The position numbers were made by a program, and so were the translations under genes. This document shows positions 50,582 to 61,936 of a DNA stretch of 64,000 bases, piece after piece. This stretch comes from Lepidodermella squamata (taxonomy: Eukaryota; Animalia; Gastrotricha). The DNA is taken from assembly GCA_047495785.1 (NCBI GenBank), contig JBLDXI010000029.1, positions 1,550,001 through 1,614,000 of the forward strand, in the 5' to 3' direction. The notes under the pieces were generated by a model. It was not told the origin of the DNA. It searched no databases and saw only the letters and a program-made list of their open reading frames with translations. Position 1 is the first letter of the stretch. Every line of letters begins with the position of its first letter.

Positions 50582-51166
50582 AAAACGGATTATTAACAAT
50601 TTAAGTTTTTGAGAATTTAAGCGATGGTAATTGGTAATAAACCTCATTTATCTGAGTATAAAATATACGTTCGCTATATAAGGTCACGGGGGACAAGTAA
50701 AAACCGGCTTTTTAACGCGAATGAAGAGGTAAAAACTACAGGAATTTTTACTTGTCACCTATCTTCTTGAAAAGGAAGTAAACAAGCCTGAATCCGAATT
50801 ATTCAACGTTGCTAACGATATTACGATCTGAAAGGGCGAGAAGGCTACGGGTTGAAAATAAGCTCGTAATAATTTGGAAAAATCAAACTTGAATTCTGGG
50901 TTAGAAATATTGCCATTAGACTCTGTATCATTTCCCCAGGCTGACATGGATTCTAAGAGTATTCACATCTCATCAGATGGCAGAGTGAAAATGATGTCCT
51001 ATGCGACATGAGTGCACTTACTTTAATTTTGCGAAAACCAACAAAATGAACAGTTTGAAATCACAAGGGAAAACTATTAAAGCAGCATTAAGTATTTTAT
51101 CTGATTGATAAAAATAAATGCGACGGGTATCTGTCGCGTTACTCTTGCTCATGGTATTCTCTTGAC

Positions 51167-51535
51167 ATGAAAATCCTGATTCTTCTTATTTCAGTACTTT
51201 CGATGAGGCAACACGATATAATTGAGGCTTTAACTTGCCATGATTCAGATTCTGGTGTTTGTGCGATCGAGCCTGGGTTTTGCACGGTAAATGTGTAACA
51301 CCTATTTAGGTTTATTATCAAACTTCGATACATTTAGAAAACGATTGTTGGAGTTTTCGGAATCGGCTTTGTATCGAAAGACTGCGTCACACTGTGCTAC
51401 GAGGTTCACATCAGCTTACTGCGAACAATCGATGTATATTGCTGCAAAACAAGCGATACTGCTGTTAAAAAGGTGAAATACGATTGCTTGGCTCTAATGA
51501 TCGCTGTACTGCTTTGTAACTTTTGTCTGAGATAA
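51167..51535 (+). CDS. Ly6/uPAR three-finger protein, copy 1 (2 exons; lacks the terminal LCN motif)
   Basis: Exons 51167-51286 and 51338-51535 give MKILILLISVLSMRQHDIIEA-LTCHDSDSGVCAIEPGFCT-KTIVGVFGIGFVSKDCVTLCYEVHISLLRTIDVYCCKTSD-TAVKK...LALMIAVLLCNFCLR*. 12-bp in-frame deletion relative to copy 2. Confidence 0.75.
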
Positions 51536-51933
51536 ATTTCATGCATTCAGGAAACTATTTGCTTTTGAGTACTGATGGCTTAGAACTTGGAACTCCTACG
51601 TCCTACATCTAAACAATGTGGGGTTTCAAAAGTAGAAACTTGTTCCTGACAAAATCATCCCACGTTCGCTGAAAATTTTTAAAACTGATTTCCGGAGAAA
51701 AACGTTTTCATCAGACAACCAGAAATGTTGCAGGATATTTCAAGTATTAGGTTGTCGTTTAAATTACGGAATTTGACTGATAAAAGAAGGCATGACTGAA
51801 GAGAAAAGTAGCATCTGATTTTCATATCTGAGCATATTGCTTGTTTTAAGCCATTAGATGATAAATATTTGAGTTGCCCACATCCATTAGTCGCTAATTC
51901 CTCAACAGATAGGACAGTCACACACAGAAAAAA

Positions 51934-54220
51934 ATGATTTTGCCAATCGAAGCGTTATACTTATGGGGGCTAATCTGCTGCATGACGTTTAAATTATCGA
52001 CGGCGATTAAACCATACCGCTTGAAGATACCAGCCCATTTGCCGTTAACTGGTCTTCTTACTGATTTCAAACAATCGATATCAGCACAGCAAATGGCACT
52101 CGATCTTATTAACAACCGAAGCGACATCCTCCCAGATTACAACGTCGAAATCGAAGTGCTGAATGAAGAGTACGATAGCGTCCTTTCTGTATCAAGTATG
52201 ATCGATTTCATTCGACGTTATGAGCAACGCGAAGATGTATTCTTATCTCCACTAAGTCTTGGGCTTATATTCCCACTAGGATGTAAGGCCTGGGCTGGGG
52301 TCGCTCATCATCTGAAAATGGTGACTTTGTCTGCAAGTTGCGCTACTCAATCGTTAACTGCGAATCGGCGCCGCTATCCTAATTTTTATAGGGCGCTCAA
52401 TCCATTGGAAATATATGTAATGAGCCAACTTTATTTCGTGAAAAATATCGCAAAATGGTCGAATGTTGTGCACCTTAGCTCTACGTCAACATACGCCTTG
52501 GAAACTGCCAGTCTTGTTAACCAGTTATCCCAATCACTTGGGATTAATATCCAAACTTTTGAGTTCGCCTATGAAGTGAGTGACGAGCTGATGCAATCAT
52601 TCAAAACCAAGCACTATCGCATTTTCATTGTGCAAAGCGATGATTTTGCATTCAACCTCGAAGTTTTATGTCAAACATATGCTAACGCATTGAGGGGAGA
52701 TCGATACATGTTCATTCTGAATATGCTCCTGATATTCGACCCGAATTCTTTGCCTGAGTTTCTTTTACCCAAAGGTTGTAAATCTGAACACATCAAGCTG
52801 CAACTAGAGCAATCGGTATTCATAGGACTTCCGGCTGGCTTTATACTCCCCAATGATCGCAAAGACGAATTAGGCTTCACACTTCAAGATTTCGAAACCA
52901 AGTTCAAGGCGGAATATGGTGGTAATGATAAGCTCGTGGACTACTTATATCGGCACCTACAGTACGATCTCGTCCTAGAGGGATTACTGGCTTTGGATAG
53001 ATCGGAAAAGCTGCTGAGGGCACGAAATTTGTCGCTTAGAGATTACCAGAGTACTCCGGATGAAGTAATGCAAGCTGTCAATACAAGTTTGCTCCTAACA
53101 GATTTCAAAAGTCTTCAATTCGGCAGGTATCGTTATTCCCAGCGCGGAGATGCCGCCTACATTCCTCAGCTCATCGGGAAATGGAGTCGCTCATCAGGCC
53201 TGAACATTATGACGCAAATTAAACTGAGAGATAATAAAAACTGCAACTTCAAATTGGTCTTCATTTGCTGCAGAAATGCTGCGTAAATTCGAAAAGATTC
53301 CCAACGACTCGCCAAGTCTTTATCATGAAAAAGACGGCATAAGCGATGAAACCTTTGCTTGTCTTACGATTGTTGCCACTATTCCTATTTTTCTTCAGTT
53401 AGCTTCGATTGCCTTTAAACTCAACACAGATTGGTTCAAGGCTGTACAACTATTAGCAAGCGTTTGCATACAAGCTGTTGGATCGATTTTAATTACGCTT
53501 CCGCCGTATTTAAAATCCTCCAATTCCTGCCAAGCTGCATTCTTCTTAGTAGGAGTAGGCTTGATGACCGTTTACATACACCTAACAGTTGTTGCTCACA
53601 GCCAAGTATGTGAAATAAGGCGGATAGGAAGCTTGAATGCAAGACCGATATCCAGGCCTATTAATCGGCAGCATCCTGTCTTAAGAGGTATTAAACTGGC
53701 ACTGCTATTCGCTATTTTGACGTTCCTTATGCCCATAATTTGGCTCGCAATAGATCGACCATTCTTGCGGATTAACGAAGCCTTTTCTCATTTTGAAGAA
53801 AAGGAAGACATTCTCCTGTTTAAGAAACAGATTTACTGTCACTCCAATTACTTCATAGACTTTGTCACATCAACGCTTTTGTTACATGCCGTGACTTTGA
53901 TGACAGCTATGGCCTATGTTTTCAAAGTACGAGTTTTTCTCAAGAAATTATTGACTTCAAATCGAGCAAAACGCATTGCAATCTCTATCCTTATGTGCAT
54001 AACCATTTTACCTGCGACAATAATTATTGCATTCATCGTCAACTCCATCACGGCAGTTGAAATCACTTTGTCAATCGCGATTGCAGTACAATCGACAGTC
54101 GTTTGCGGTATGCTGAGCTTCGGAGTTTCTAAGCAGGCTGCTGACCAAGTCGAGATCGCATCATCATGTTTTTCGTTAAGCCCGTCTGTTTACCCTCGTC
54201 GTCCGCATCGCCTTCGCTGA
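51934..54220 (+). CDS. GABA-B-like class C GPCR, group E copy 1; +1 frameshift in an A-run at 53236-53240
   Basis: ORFs 51934-53286 and 53276-54220 are colinear with intact E copy 3. Removing one A restores the frame. Confidence 0.85.
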
Positions 54221-54572
54221 TATCTTGCTTTTCGTCGTTTTAATCATAGCGACTGTGGTGATCCCACCATACTCTGATATTCTAATCAGCACGAGAGTCT
54301 TTGACATTGTACAATTTCGTCGAAATCGTTTTCTTTTTGTGGCTTTTGCTTCATAAGTTTTTCGTTTAAAAAAGGCATCATTTTTTCCTTACATATCATG
54401 ACAAAATAGACATGACAGTGAGAGCGTAGTACATAATTAGCCGATAACGAGGGTCAATAGAGAAATCTTTGAGTAGGATCTGGTTTGACCCGTCTACGCC
54501 TTATATTCGTACATAAAGTTTCAAAGAAAGGTTCGAAGAAATCAAAGAATTATTCTTGCATCAAAGCGGAAG

Positions 54573-55339
54573 ATGCGATTAATACTTGCTACATTAATAC
54601 TTGAAGATGCTACCTGATTGCAATACTGGTTTTCTGCCGCGCTTTTGAAAATACACCGCTTGAAACTGCCGATATACCTCCCAGTAAGCGGGTTTGCAAT
54701 TAATTTCAAACAAGCTGTCAACGTCCTACAAATGGCGATTGATATAGTCAACAACAGAAGTGACATCCTGCCAGAATACCACATCGAGATGGCCATCTTA
54801 AATGAGGGATATGAAAGCGCTCTCGCAGTTTCTCGGCTGTCAATTTTCTCCGAGATCAAGAGGCGGACAGCAAATCTTACATCGCACCTCTCACAACAGG
54901 ACTCTTATTCACACCAGGCTGCAAAGCCTGGGCTTCGGTTGTTCACAACTTCAACATAGCAATGCTAGCCGGGAGTTGCACATCCGATTCTATGACCGCA
55001 AGACGTAATCTCTACCCGAATTTCTATCGTTCTCTCGCTCCCGGCGAGCTATCAGTGATGGCAACTTTGTTTTTCATACAGAAAGTCGCAAACTGGACAA
55101 CATTCGTCATTATCTCTCCCTCGGTGAATTCTTCTTTCGGAAGTGAAGCTTACAACCCGTTTTACGTTACAGCTTCAGATATGAAAAATCCTACATCATT
55201 CAGACTTGAGACTTTCCTACCAATGACCGACATTTCGCTACCAAGCGACTCCCCAAAAGAAGTTGTAACCAAGCCTAAAAGCGCAGATATTTTCGGCAAA
55301 TCCAACTTGAACGTGTCGACTGGAAATATTCCCATTTGA
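54573..55339 (+). pseudogene. Group F receptor pseudogene with two large internal deletions
   Basis: Matches the gene at 61937 up to FGSEAYNPFYVTA, jumps near 55175 to SFRLETFLPMTDISLPSDSPKEVVTK (about 63250 in the paralogue), then jumps again near 55275. Early stop and frameshifts. Confidence 0.88.
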
Positions 55340-55563
55340 CTCCGTATCATTTCCCCAGGCACAAGTGGATCCGATATCCTGCATGAGTTTCTTATGAGAT
55401 GGCTGGGCGAAAACTGTGTCCTATGCGACACGAGTGCACTTACTTTGATTTTACGAAACCCAACAACAAGAACAGAGATCGAAATCACAAGGGAAAATCT
55501 TGCAACTAGCGTTAAGTATTTTATCTGATTGATTAAAGTAAATGCCCCTTGTATTCTCTTGAC

Positions 55564-55943
55564 ATGAAAATCTTGATTTTTCTTTTTTCAGTACTTTCGA
55601 TGAAGCAACGCGATATAACTGAAGCTTTGGCCTGCCACGATTCAGATTCTGGGGTTTGCGCAATCGAGCCCGGATTTTGCACGGTAGATGTTCGTAAACC
55701 AAATTTAGTTTTGGCGTCAAACTTCGACATCTTTAGAAAACGATTGTCGGAGTTTTCGGAATCGGCTTCGAATCGAAAGACTGCGTCACGCTGTGCTACG
55801 AAGTTCACATCAACTTGCTGCGAACAATTGATGTCTATTGCTGCAAATCAAGCGATCTGTGCAATAACACTGCTGAAAAGAAGAAATTTGATCACTTGCC
55901 TACGATGATCGCTGTTTTGATATGTAGCTATTTTATAAGATAA
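55564..55943 (+). CDS. Ly6/uPAR three-finger protein, copy 2 (2 exons, 108 aa, probably GPI-anchored)
   Basis: Exons 55564-55683 and 55737-55943 (53-nt GT-AG intron) give a signal peptide, LACH...C...FCTK...SKDC...C...VYCCKSSDLCN (8 Cys), and a hydrophobic C-terminus TMIAVLICSYFIR. Confidence 0.87.
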
Positions 55944-56253
55944 ATTAAACGTATCAAAGTAAGCATTCGTTTTTGAGCACTAATAACTTGGGATAGTCTT
56001 TTTATCAACGACATCCAACTCTTCCATCTTACCTTTAAAATATGCGGGGCTGTCTGCGCGGAAACTTGCGCATAATGAAAATTAGACAAGCACATCCATT
56101 AACCACATCCATTAATCGTAAATAACCTCGAGAATGATTATCAAGTCTGAATTTATTGATTGTTGTAAGTCTTATGCTAATGAAATTGCAGGTAGCCACT
56201 AACAGTTAGTCGCTCATTCCTCATCAGATAGGACAGTCACATCCGGATAAAAT

Positions 56254-58579
56254 ATGACCTGGCAAAGCGAAACATTTATCTTTTTGGGCCTATTCTGCGC
56301 AGCATTCAACTTTTCTGTAGCAATCAAACCATACCGCTTGAAGTTACCAGTCCATTTGCCGTTGACTAGTCTTCTAACCGACTTCAAACAAGCGATATCA
56401 GTACAACAGATGGTAGTCGATCTTGTTAACAACCGAAGCGACATTCTTCCGGATTACCACGTCGAAATCGAAGTGCTGAATGAAGAGTTTGAAAGTGTCC
56501 TTTCTGTAACATCCATATTCGATTTCATTCGACGTTATGAGCAACGCGAAGATGTATTCATATCCCCACTAACTATCGGACTTGTATTCCCGCTAGGATG
56601 TAAGGCCTGGGCTGGGATCGCTCATCATCTGAAAATGGTTACTTTGGCCGCTAGTTGCGCTACTCAGTCCTTTACTGCAAATCGGCGCCGCTATCCCAAT
56701 TTTTATCGGGCCATTACTCCAACGGAAATATATATGATGAACCAACTTTATTTCGTGAGAAATATTGCAAAATGGTCGAATGTTGTACACCTCAGTTCTG
56801 CATCAGCATACGCGTTTGAAACTGCCAGTCTAATTAATGATTTATCTCAATCACAAGGGATCGATATTCAAGCTTATGAGTTTGCCCCTAAAGTGAGCGA
56901 TGAACTGATGCAATCATTCAAATCGAAGCACTACCGCGTTTTCATCGTGCAAACTGATGATTTTGCTTTCAACCTCGACGTTTTATGCCAGTCTTATGCG
57001 AATGGATTGCGAGGAGATCGATACATGTTTATCCTAAATATGCTCCTGTTATTTGATCCGAATTCCCTGCCCGAATTCATGTTGCCCCAAGGTTGTAAAT
57101 CTGAACACATCAAGCAGCAGTTGGAGCAATCGGTATTCATTGGGCTCCCGGCTGGCTTTATACTACCAAACGATCGCAAGGACCAATTAGGCCTCACACT
57201 TGGTGAATTCGAAACCAAGTTCAAAACAGAATATGGTGGCAATGATATGCTTATAGACTATTCATATCGGCATCTACGCTACGATCTTATCCTACAGGGA
57301 TTAATGGCTTTGGATAGATCGGAAAAGCTATTGAGGGCTCAAAATATGTCGCTGAGATATTATCGGAGTAACCCCGATGAGGTAATGCGTGCCGTTAATA
57401 TCAGTTTGCTTCAAACAGATTTCAAAAGTCTTCAGTTCGGAGATTATCGCTATTCCCATCGTGGAGAGGCCGATTACATTCCTCAGCTCATCGGGAAATG
57501 GAGCCGCTCATCTGGCCTGGGAATTATGACGCGTATTAGACTGAGGGATAATGAAACGGTAACTACTAATTTGTCTTCTTTTACTGAGGAAGGGTTGATG
57601 AAATTCGAAAATATTCCTAATGACTCACCGCGGCTATATCATGAAAAGGACGGCATAAGCGGCGGACTTTTTTCCTTTCTTACGATTGTTGCCACTGTCC
57701 CTGTTTTCGTTCAGTTAACTTCGATAGCCTTCAAATTCAACACGGATGCATTCAAGGCCGTAGAACTGTTGACAATCATTTGCCTACAAGCCATTGGATC
57801 GATTTTAATCATGCTCCCACCAAACTTAAAATCCTCCGCTTCATGCCAAGCTGCATTCTTTTTATTGGGATTAGGCTTGATGGTCCTCTACACACACCTA
57901 ACAATTGCTATTCACAGCCAATTATCTGAAGTAAGGCGGATAGGAAGTCTGAATGCAAGACAAGTATTCAGGCCATTGACAAAGCAGCATCCTTTCCAAA
58001 ACCATTTGAAAATATTAATCCTATTCGCTAGTTTGGGGTTTCTAATTCCCATACTTTGGCTCTCGATTGACCGATCATTCTTGCGGATTATCGAAGCCTT
58101 TTCCCATTTTAATGAGAGGGACGATGTCCTCGTTTTCACAACAAAGATGTATTGCCATTCGAATTACTTCTTAGAATGGATCACTACAACACTTTTGCTG
58201 GATGCCGTGACTTTGATGGTAGATGGTAGCTACGGCCTATGTTATCAAACTAAGAGAAATACTCAAGAAATCCTTGACGTCTCATCGAGCAATGCGCACT
58301 GCAATCTCGATCCTTGTCTGCGTAACTATTTTCCCAGCGGCAATACTGATTGCACTTGTGGTTAATTCCACCACGGCGGTTGAAATGACTTTGGCAATTG
58401 CGATTTCGGTGCAATCATCAGCCGTTTGCAGCCTGCTCAGCTTTGGAGAGTCTAAGCAGGCAGCTGATCAGGTCGAGAAAGCAGCGGGCTTTGTGTTAAG
58501 CCCGGCTCTTTCACCACGCCGTCCGCATCGGCTAGATCCGTTTCAGCTAGATTCCTCTCCTCGCCTTCAAATACCCTAA
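56254..58579 (+). CDS. GABA-B-like class C GPCR, group E copy 2; frameshifted in TM5 by a 7-bp duplication
   Basis: ORFs 56254-58365 and 58223-58579. gatggta is repeated at 58215-58228. Confidence 0.85.
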
Positions 58580-59345
58580 ATGAGATACAACTGAGTGCGT
58601 GAGGTTATCATTAGTGTGTGCAGTGAATCAAATTACGAGTGTATGCCAATAATTTACATTTTTGAGAGCGCATTTCGAAAATTTTAATTCTTGGTCGAAG
58701 AATTTGAGACTGTGTTTCTCGACAACCATGATAGCTACGAACGCCGTTCAGATATCAATTTACTCCTTGTGCCTTGATCTTTGCAATAATTATGACATTT
58801 CACCTGATTAATGTTTCTGATAAGGTCGCTAAAGTGTTTGCATTTGTAACTCTGATAACTCATGATACGAAATTGTCGGCATGGTGGGATTTTCAGGAAG
58901 CGATAATGCGAGAAAGGATCTATATGTCGCATATAATGAGAAAAAAAATATAAAACGGCCGATTTCAAGCTTTCGAAAAAATCAAAATTTGCATGTAAAA
59001 GTGCATGCTATGCAAGGTTGTCGAAAAATTTGGCATTTAGAATTAAGAAGGGGTTTTCATTTATTTTGTGTTACATTTCACATCGTGAGTGCGCACTCTG
59101 ATCACTACGTTCTCTATGGTCTTTGGCTTCGGTCATAATTTAAAAAGCGAATTCCAAAATCCAAACCTTAGCGGAATGCGAAATTCAACTAGTAAAGTAA
59201 GACAATGAGGGTAATCAATTAATAATTATTAGCCGAAAATCGTCACGCATACGTTCGAAGTTATTGATTACTGCAGGTAACGACGTCGCAGGTGGACAAA
59301 TTTCCACAGGAGACAACTCATAAACACCGAAAGAATTATTATAAA

Positions 59346-61580
59346 ATGAAATTGCGTAAAGTAGCATTCTACTTACTGTTTGGCTCCATGTATTGGAAGT
59401 TGATGGCTGGCAAGCCGTACCGCTTGAAGCTACCAGTTTATTTGCCGTTGACTAGTTTAGACTATGAATTCAAACAATCGATGTTAGCACAGCAAATGGC
59501 AGTCGATCTTGTGAACAACCGAAGCGACATTCTTCCGGATTACAGCGTCGAAATTGAAATTTTAAATGAAGAATTTGAAAGTGCACTTTCTGTATCTTCC
59601 ATTGTCGATTTCTTGCGACGTTACGAGCAAAGCAATGAAGTGTTCATATCGCCCCTAACAATTGGGCTATTATTTCCATTGGGCTGTAAGGCCTGGGCAG
59701 GAGTCGCTCATCATCTGAAAATGGTGGCCTTAATAGGCAGTTGCGGCACTCTATCGCTAACAGCAAATCGCCGTCTTTATCCAAACTTGTACCGACCTAT
59801 CACTCCAATAGACGTATCATTAATGGCTACACTGTTTTTCGTGAAAAGCATCGCGAAATGGTCGAGTTGTGTCATACTCAGCTCTGGATCATCAGCCGCG
59901 TGGGAATCATCTAACCTGTTTCATGGATTGTCCCAGAAATTCGGCATGAACATCCAAGCTTTTGAATTCACTACTGTATTAATAAGCGAAGAGCTGATGC
60001 AATCATTTAAAGCCAAGCATTATCGGGTTTTCATCGTGCACACCGATGAGCTCAGCTTCATTGTCGATTTTCTTTGTCATTCGTATGCTAATGGATTGCA
60101 AGGGAGTCGATACATGTTCATCATAAGTATGCTTCTGTTATTCGACCCTAATAACTTCCCTGAATCCCTTCTAACACGAGGCTGTCAATCCGAGCATGTT
60201 AAAAAGCAGCTAGAACAGACAGTATTCATTGGGATTCCGGCTGGTTACATTCCTCCAAATGATCGCATAGATGAAGTTGGCCTCACACTTCAAGAATTTG
60301 AAACCAAGTTCAAAGCGAATTATGGTGGGAATATTATGGCGCTGGACTATGCATATCGTCATCTACAGTACGATCTCGTCCTACAGGGCTTAATGGCATT
60401 AGATAGATCAGAGAATCTGCTGAAGGACCGAAATTTGTCGCTAAGAGATTTCCAGGCTAATCCGGATGAAGTAATGCAAGCCGTCAACATGAGTTTGCTC
60501 CAAACAGATTTCAAAAGCCTTCAATTTGGAAGGTTTCGATATTCCAACCGCGGAGAGCCCGATTACATTCCTCAACTTGTCGGGAAATGGAGTAGGTTGA
60601 GCGGCCTGCAAATAACAACTCAAATTAGAATGAAGGAGAATGAAACTGCAACTACAAACTTGTCTTCTTATGCGGCCGATTATCTCATGGATTTCGGGAA
60701 AATTCCCAACGATTCACCTGAGCAATCGCATGACCAAGGCGGCATTAGCGATGAACTTATAGCTGCTCTTTCTATTATTGCGATTATTCCTGTAATTATT
60801 GAGGTTTTAATAGCCGTGAAACACAACGGAGATGCATTCAGCTTACGTTTATTCAATACCAGCTTTCAAGCTGTTGGCTCAATAATGATCGCCCTGCCGA
60901 TACATCGAAAAAACAATTTAACTTGCCAGGTTTCAATCTTCTTAGTAGTAGCTGGCCTGATGTCCTTCTATTTGCATCTAACGCTAGCCGCTCACGGCCA
61001 GTTACGTGAAGTGAGAAAGATTGCAGCCTTGAAATCAAAACGGATATTCAGGCCGCTAAAACGAGAACCTCTCGTTCGAAAGGAGTTAAAGGTGGTTATT
61101 CCAGTTGCTATCTTGGCCTCTATTTTGCCCGTGCTATGGCTAACAACAGATCGACAATTTTTACGGATTTATGAATCATTTTCTCACTTCAACGAGAGAG
61201 ACGATGTTCTCGTTTTCAAGAAAAATACTTACTGCCACTCGCTATTTTTCATGGAATGGATCACAGCAACGATTACGTTCAATGTGGCAATTTTGTTGGT
61301 AGCCTTGGGACTTGTTTTTAGACTGCGGGGGTTTCTCAAGCGTTCTAGGAGGTTCAATCGAGCGAAACGCACTGCTGCATCGATCCTGATTTGCATTACT
61401 CTTCTGCCGGCGACAATACTTGTTGCATTTATCGTCAATTCCAGCACAGCTATTGAAATCACCGTGTTAATCGCGATTGCAATCCAGTCATCGGCAGTTT
61501 GCAGTTTGCTAAGCTTTAGAAGATTGCCGAAACGCAAACCTGGTCACAGTGAGCAATCATCGAATTTTATGCTAAGCTGA
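59346..61580 (+). CDS. GABA-B-like class C GPCR, group E copy 3 (intronless, intact)
   Basis: ORF 59292-61580, likely start MKLRKVAFYLLFG at 59346. MAVDLVNNRSDILPDYSVEI, YPNLYR, seven TM segments. Confidence 0.9.
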   Translation: MKLRKVAFYLLFGSMYWKLMAGKPYRLKLPVYLPLTSLDYEFKQSMLAQQMAVDLVNNRSDILPDYSVEIEILNEEFESALSVSSIVDFLRRYEQSNEVFISPLTIGLLFPLGCKAWAGVAHHLKMVALIGSCGTLSLTANRRLYPNLYRPITPIDVSLMATLFFVKSIAKWSSCVILSSGSSAAWESSNLFHGLSQKFGMNIQAFEFTTVLISEELMQSFKAKHYRVFIVHTDELSFIVDFLCHSYANGLQGSRYMFIISMLLLFDPNNFPESLLTRGCQSEHVKKQLEQTVFIGIPAGYIPPNDRIDEVGLTLQEFETKFKANYGGNIMALDYAYRHLQYDLVLQGLMALDRSENLLKDRNLSLRDFQANPDEVMQAVNMSLLQTDFKSLQFGRFRYSNRGEPDYIPQLVGKWSRLSGLQITTQIRMKENETATTNLSSYAADYLMDFGKIPNDSPEQSHDQGGISDELIAALSIIAIIPVIIEVLIAVKHNGDAFSLRLFNTSFQAVGSIMIALPIHRKNNLTCQVSIFLVVAGLMSFYLHLTLAAHGQLREVRKIAALKSKRIFRPLKREPLVRKELKVVIPVAILASILPVLWLTTDRQFLRIYESFSHFNERDDVLVFKKNTYCHSLFFMEWITATITFNVAILLVALGLVFRLRGFLKRSRRFNRAKRTAASILICITLLPATILVAFIVNSSTAIEITVLIAIAIQSSAVCSLLSFRRLPKRKPGHSEQSSNFMLS

Positions 61581-61936
61581 ACTTTGACAGTTCAGGTTTA
61601 ACTTGTATTTCGAAAATAAATGTCTAGGTTTTTCCTTTCAAAGCTATGTCTTTCTTCATTATCAGGTTATTTGAGCAGCTGTGGTAAACATTCACGCCAG
61701 ACCTTCGGAAGTGTGTGAGGCAATTAGCACCGCAAATCTTAACGCGAATCTTCGTTCATTTTTTCCCGCATATCATGACAAAATAGACATGACATCGGGG
61801 ACGTAGTGCATAATTGGCCGATAACGATCTTGAATATGTTTTGGACTCATCCACTCCTTAAATTGAGTTGCTCATAAGGTGGAAGGAAAGGTTAAAGACA
61901 TTACTTAAGCAAGGACAAATTTTCGCGGAGATTGCA

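Noticed and set aside
55549-55908. 119-aa single-exon ORF from the track
   Set aside because: It reads through the intron into the wrong frame; the spliced form gives a canonical CC...CN three-finger protein.
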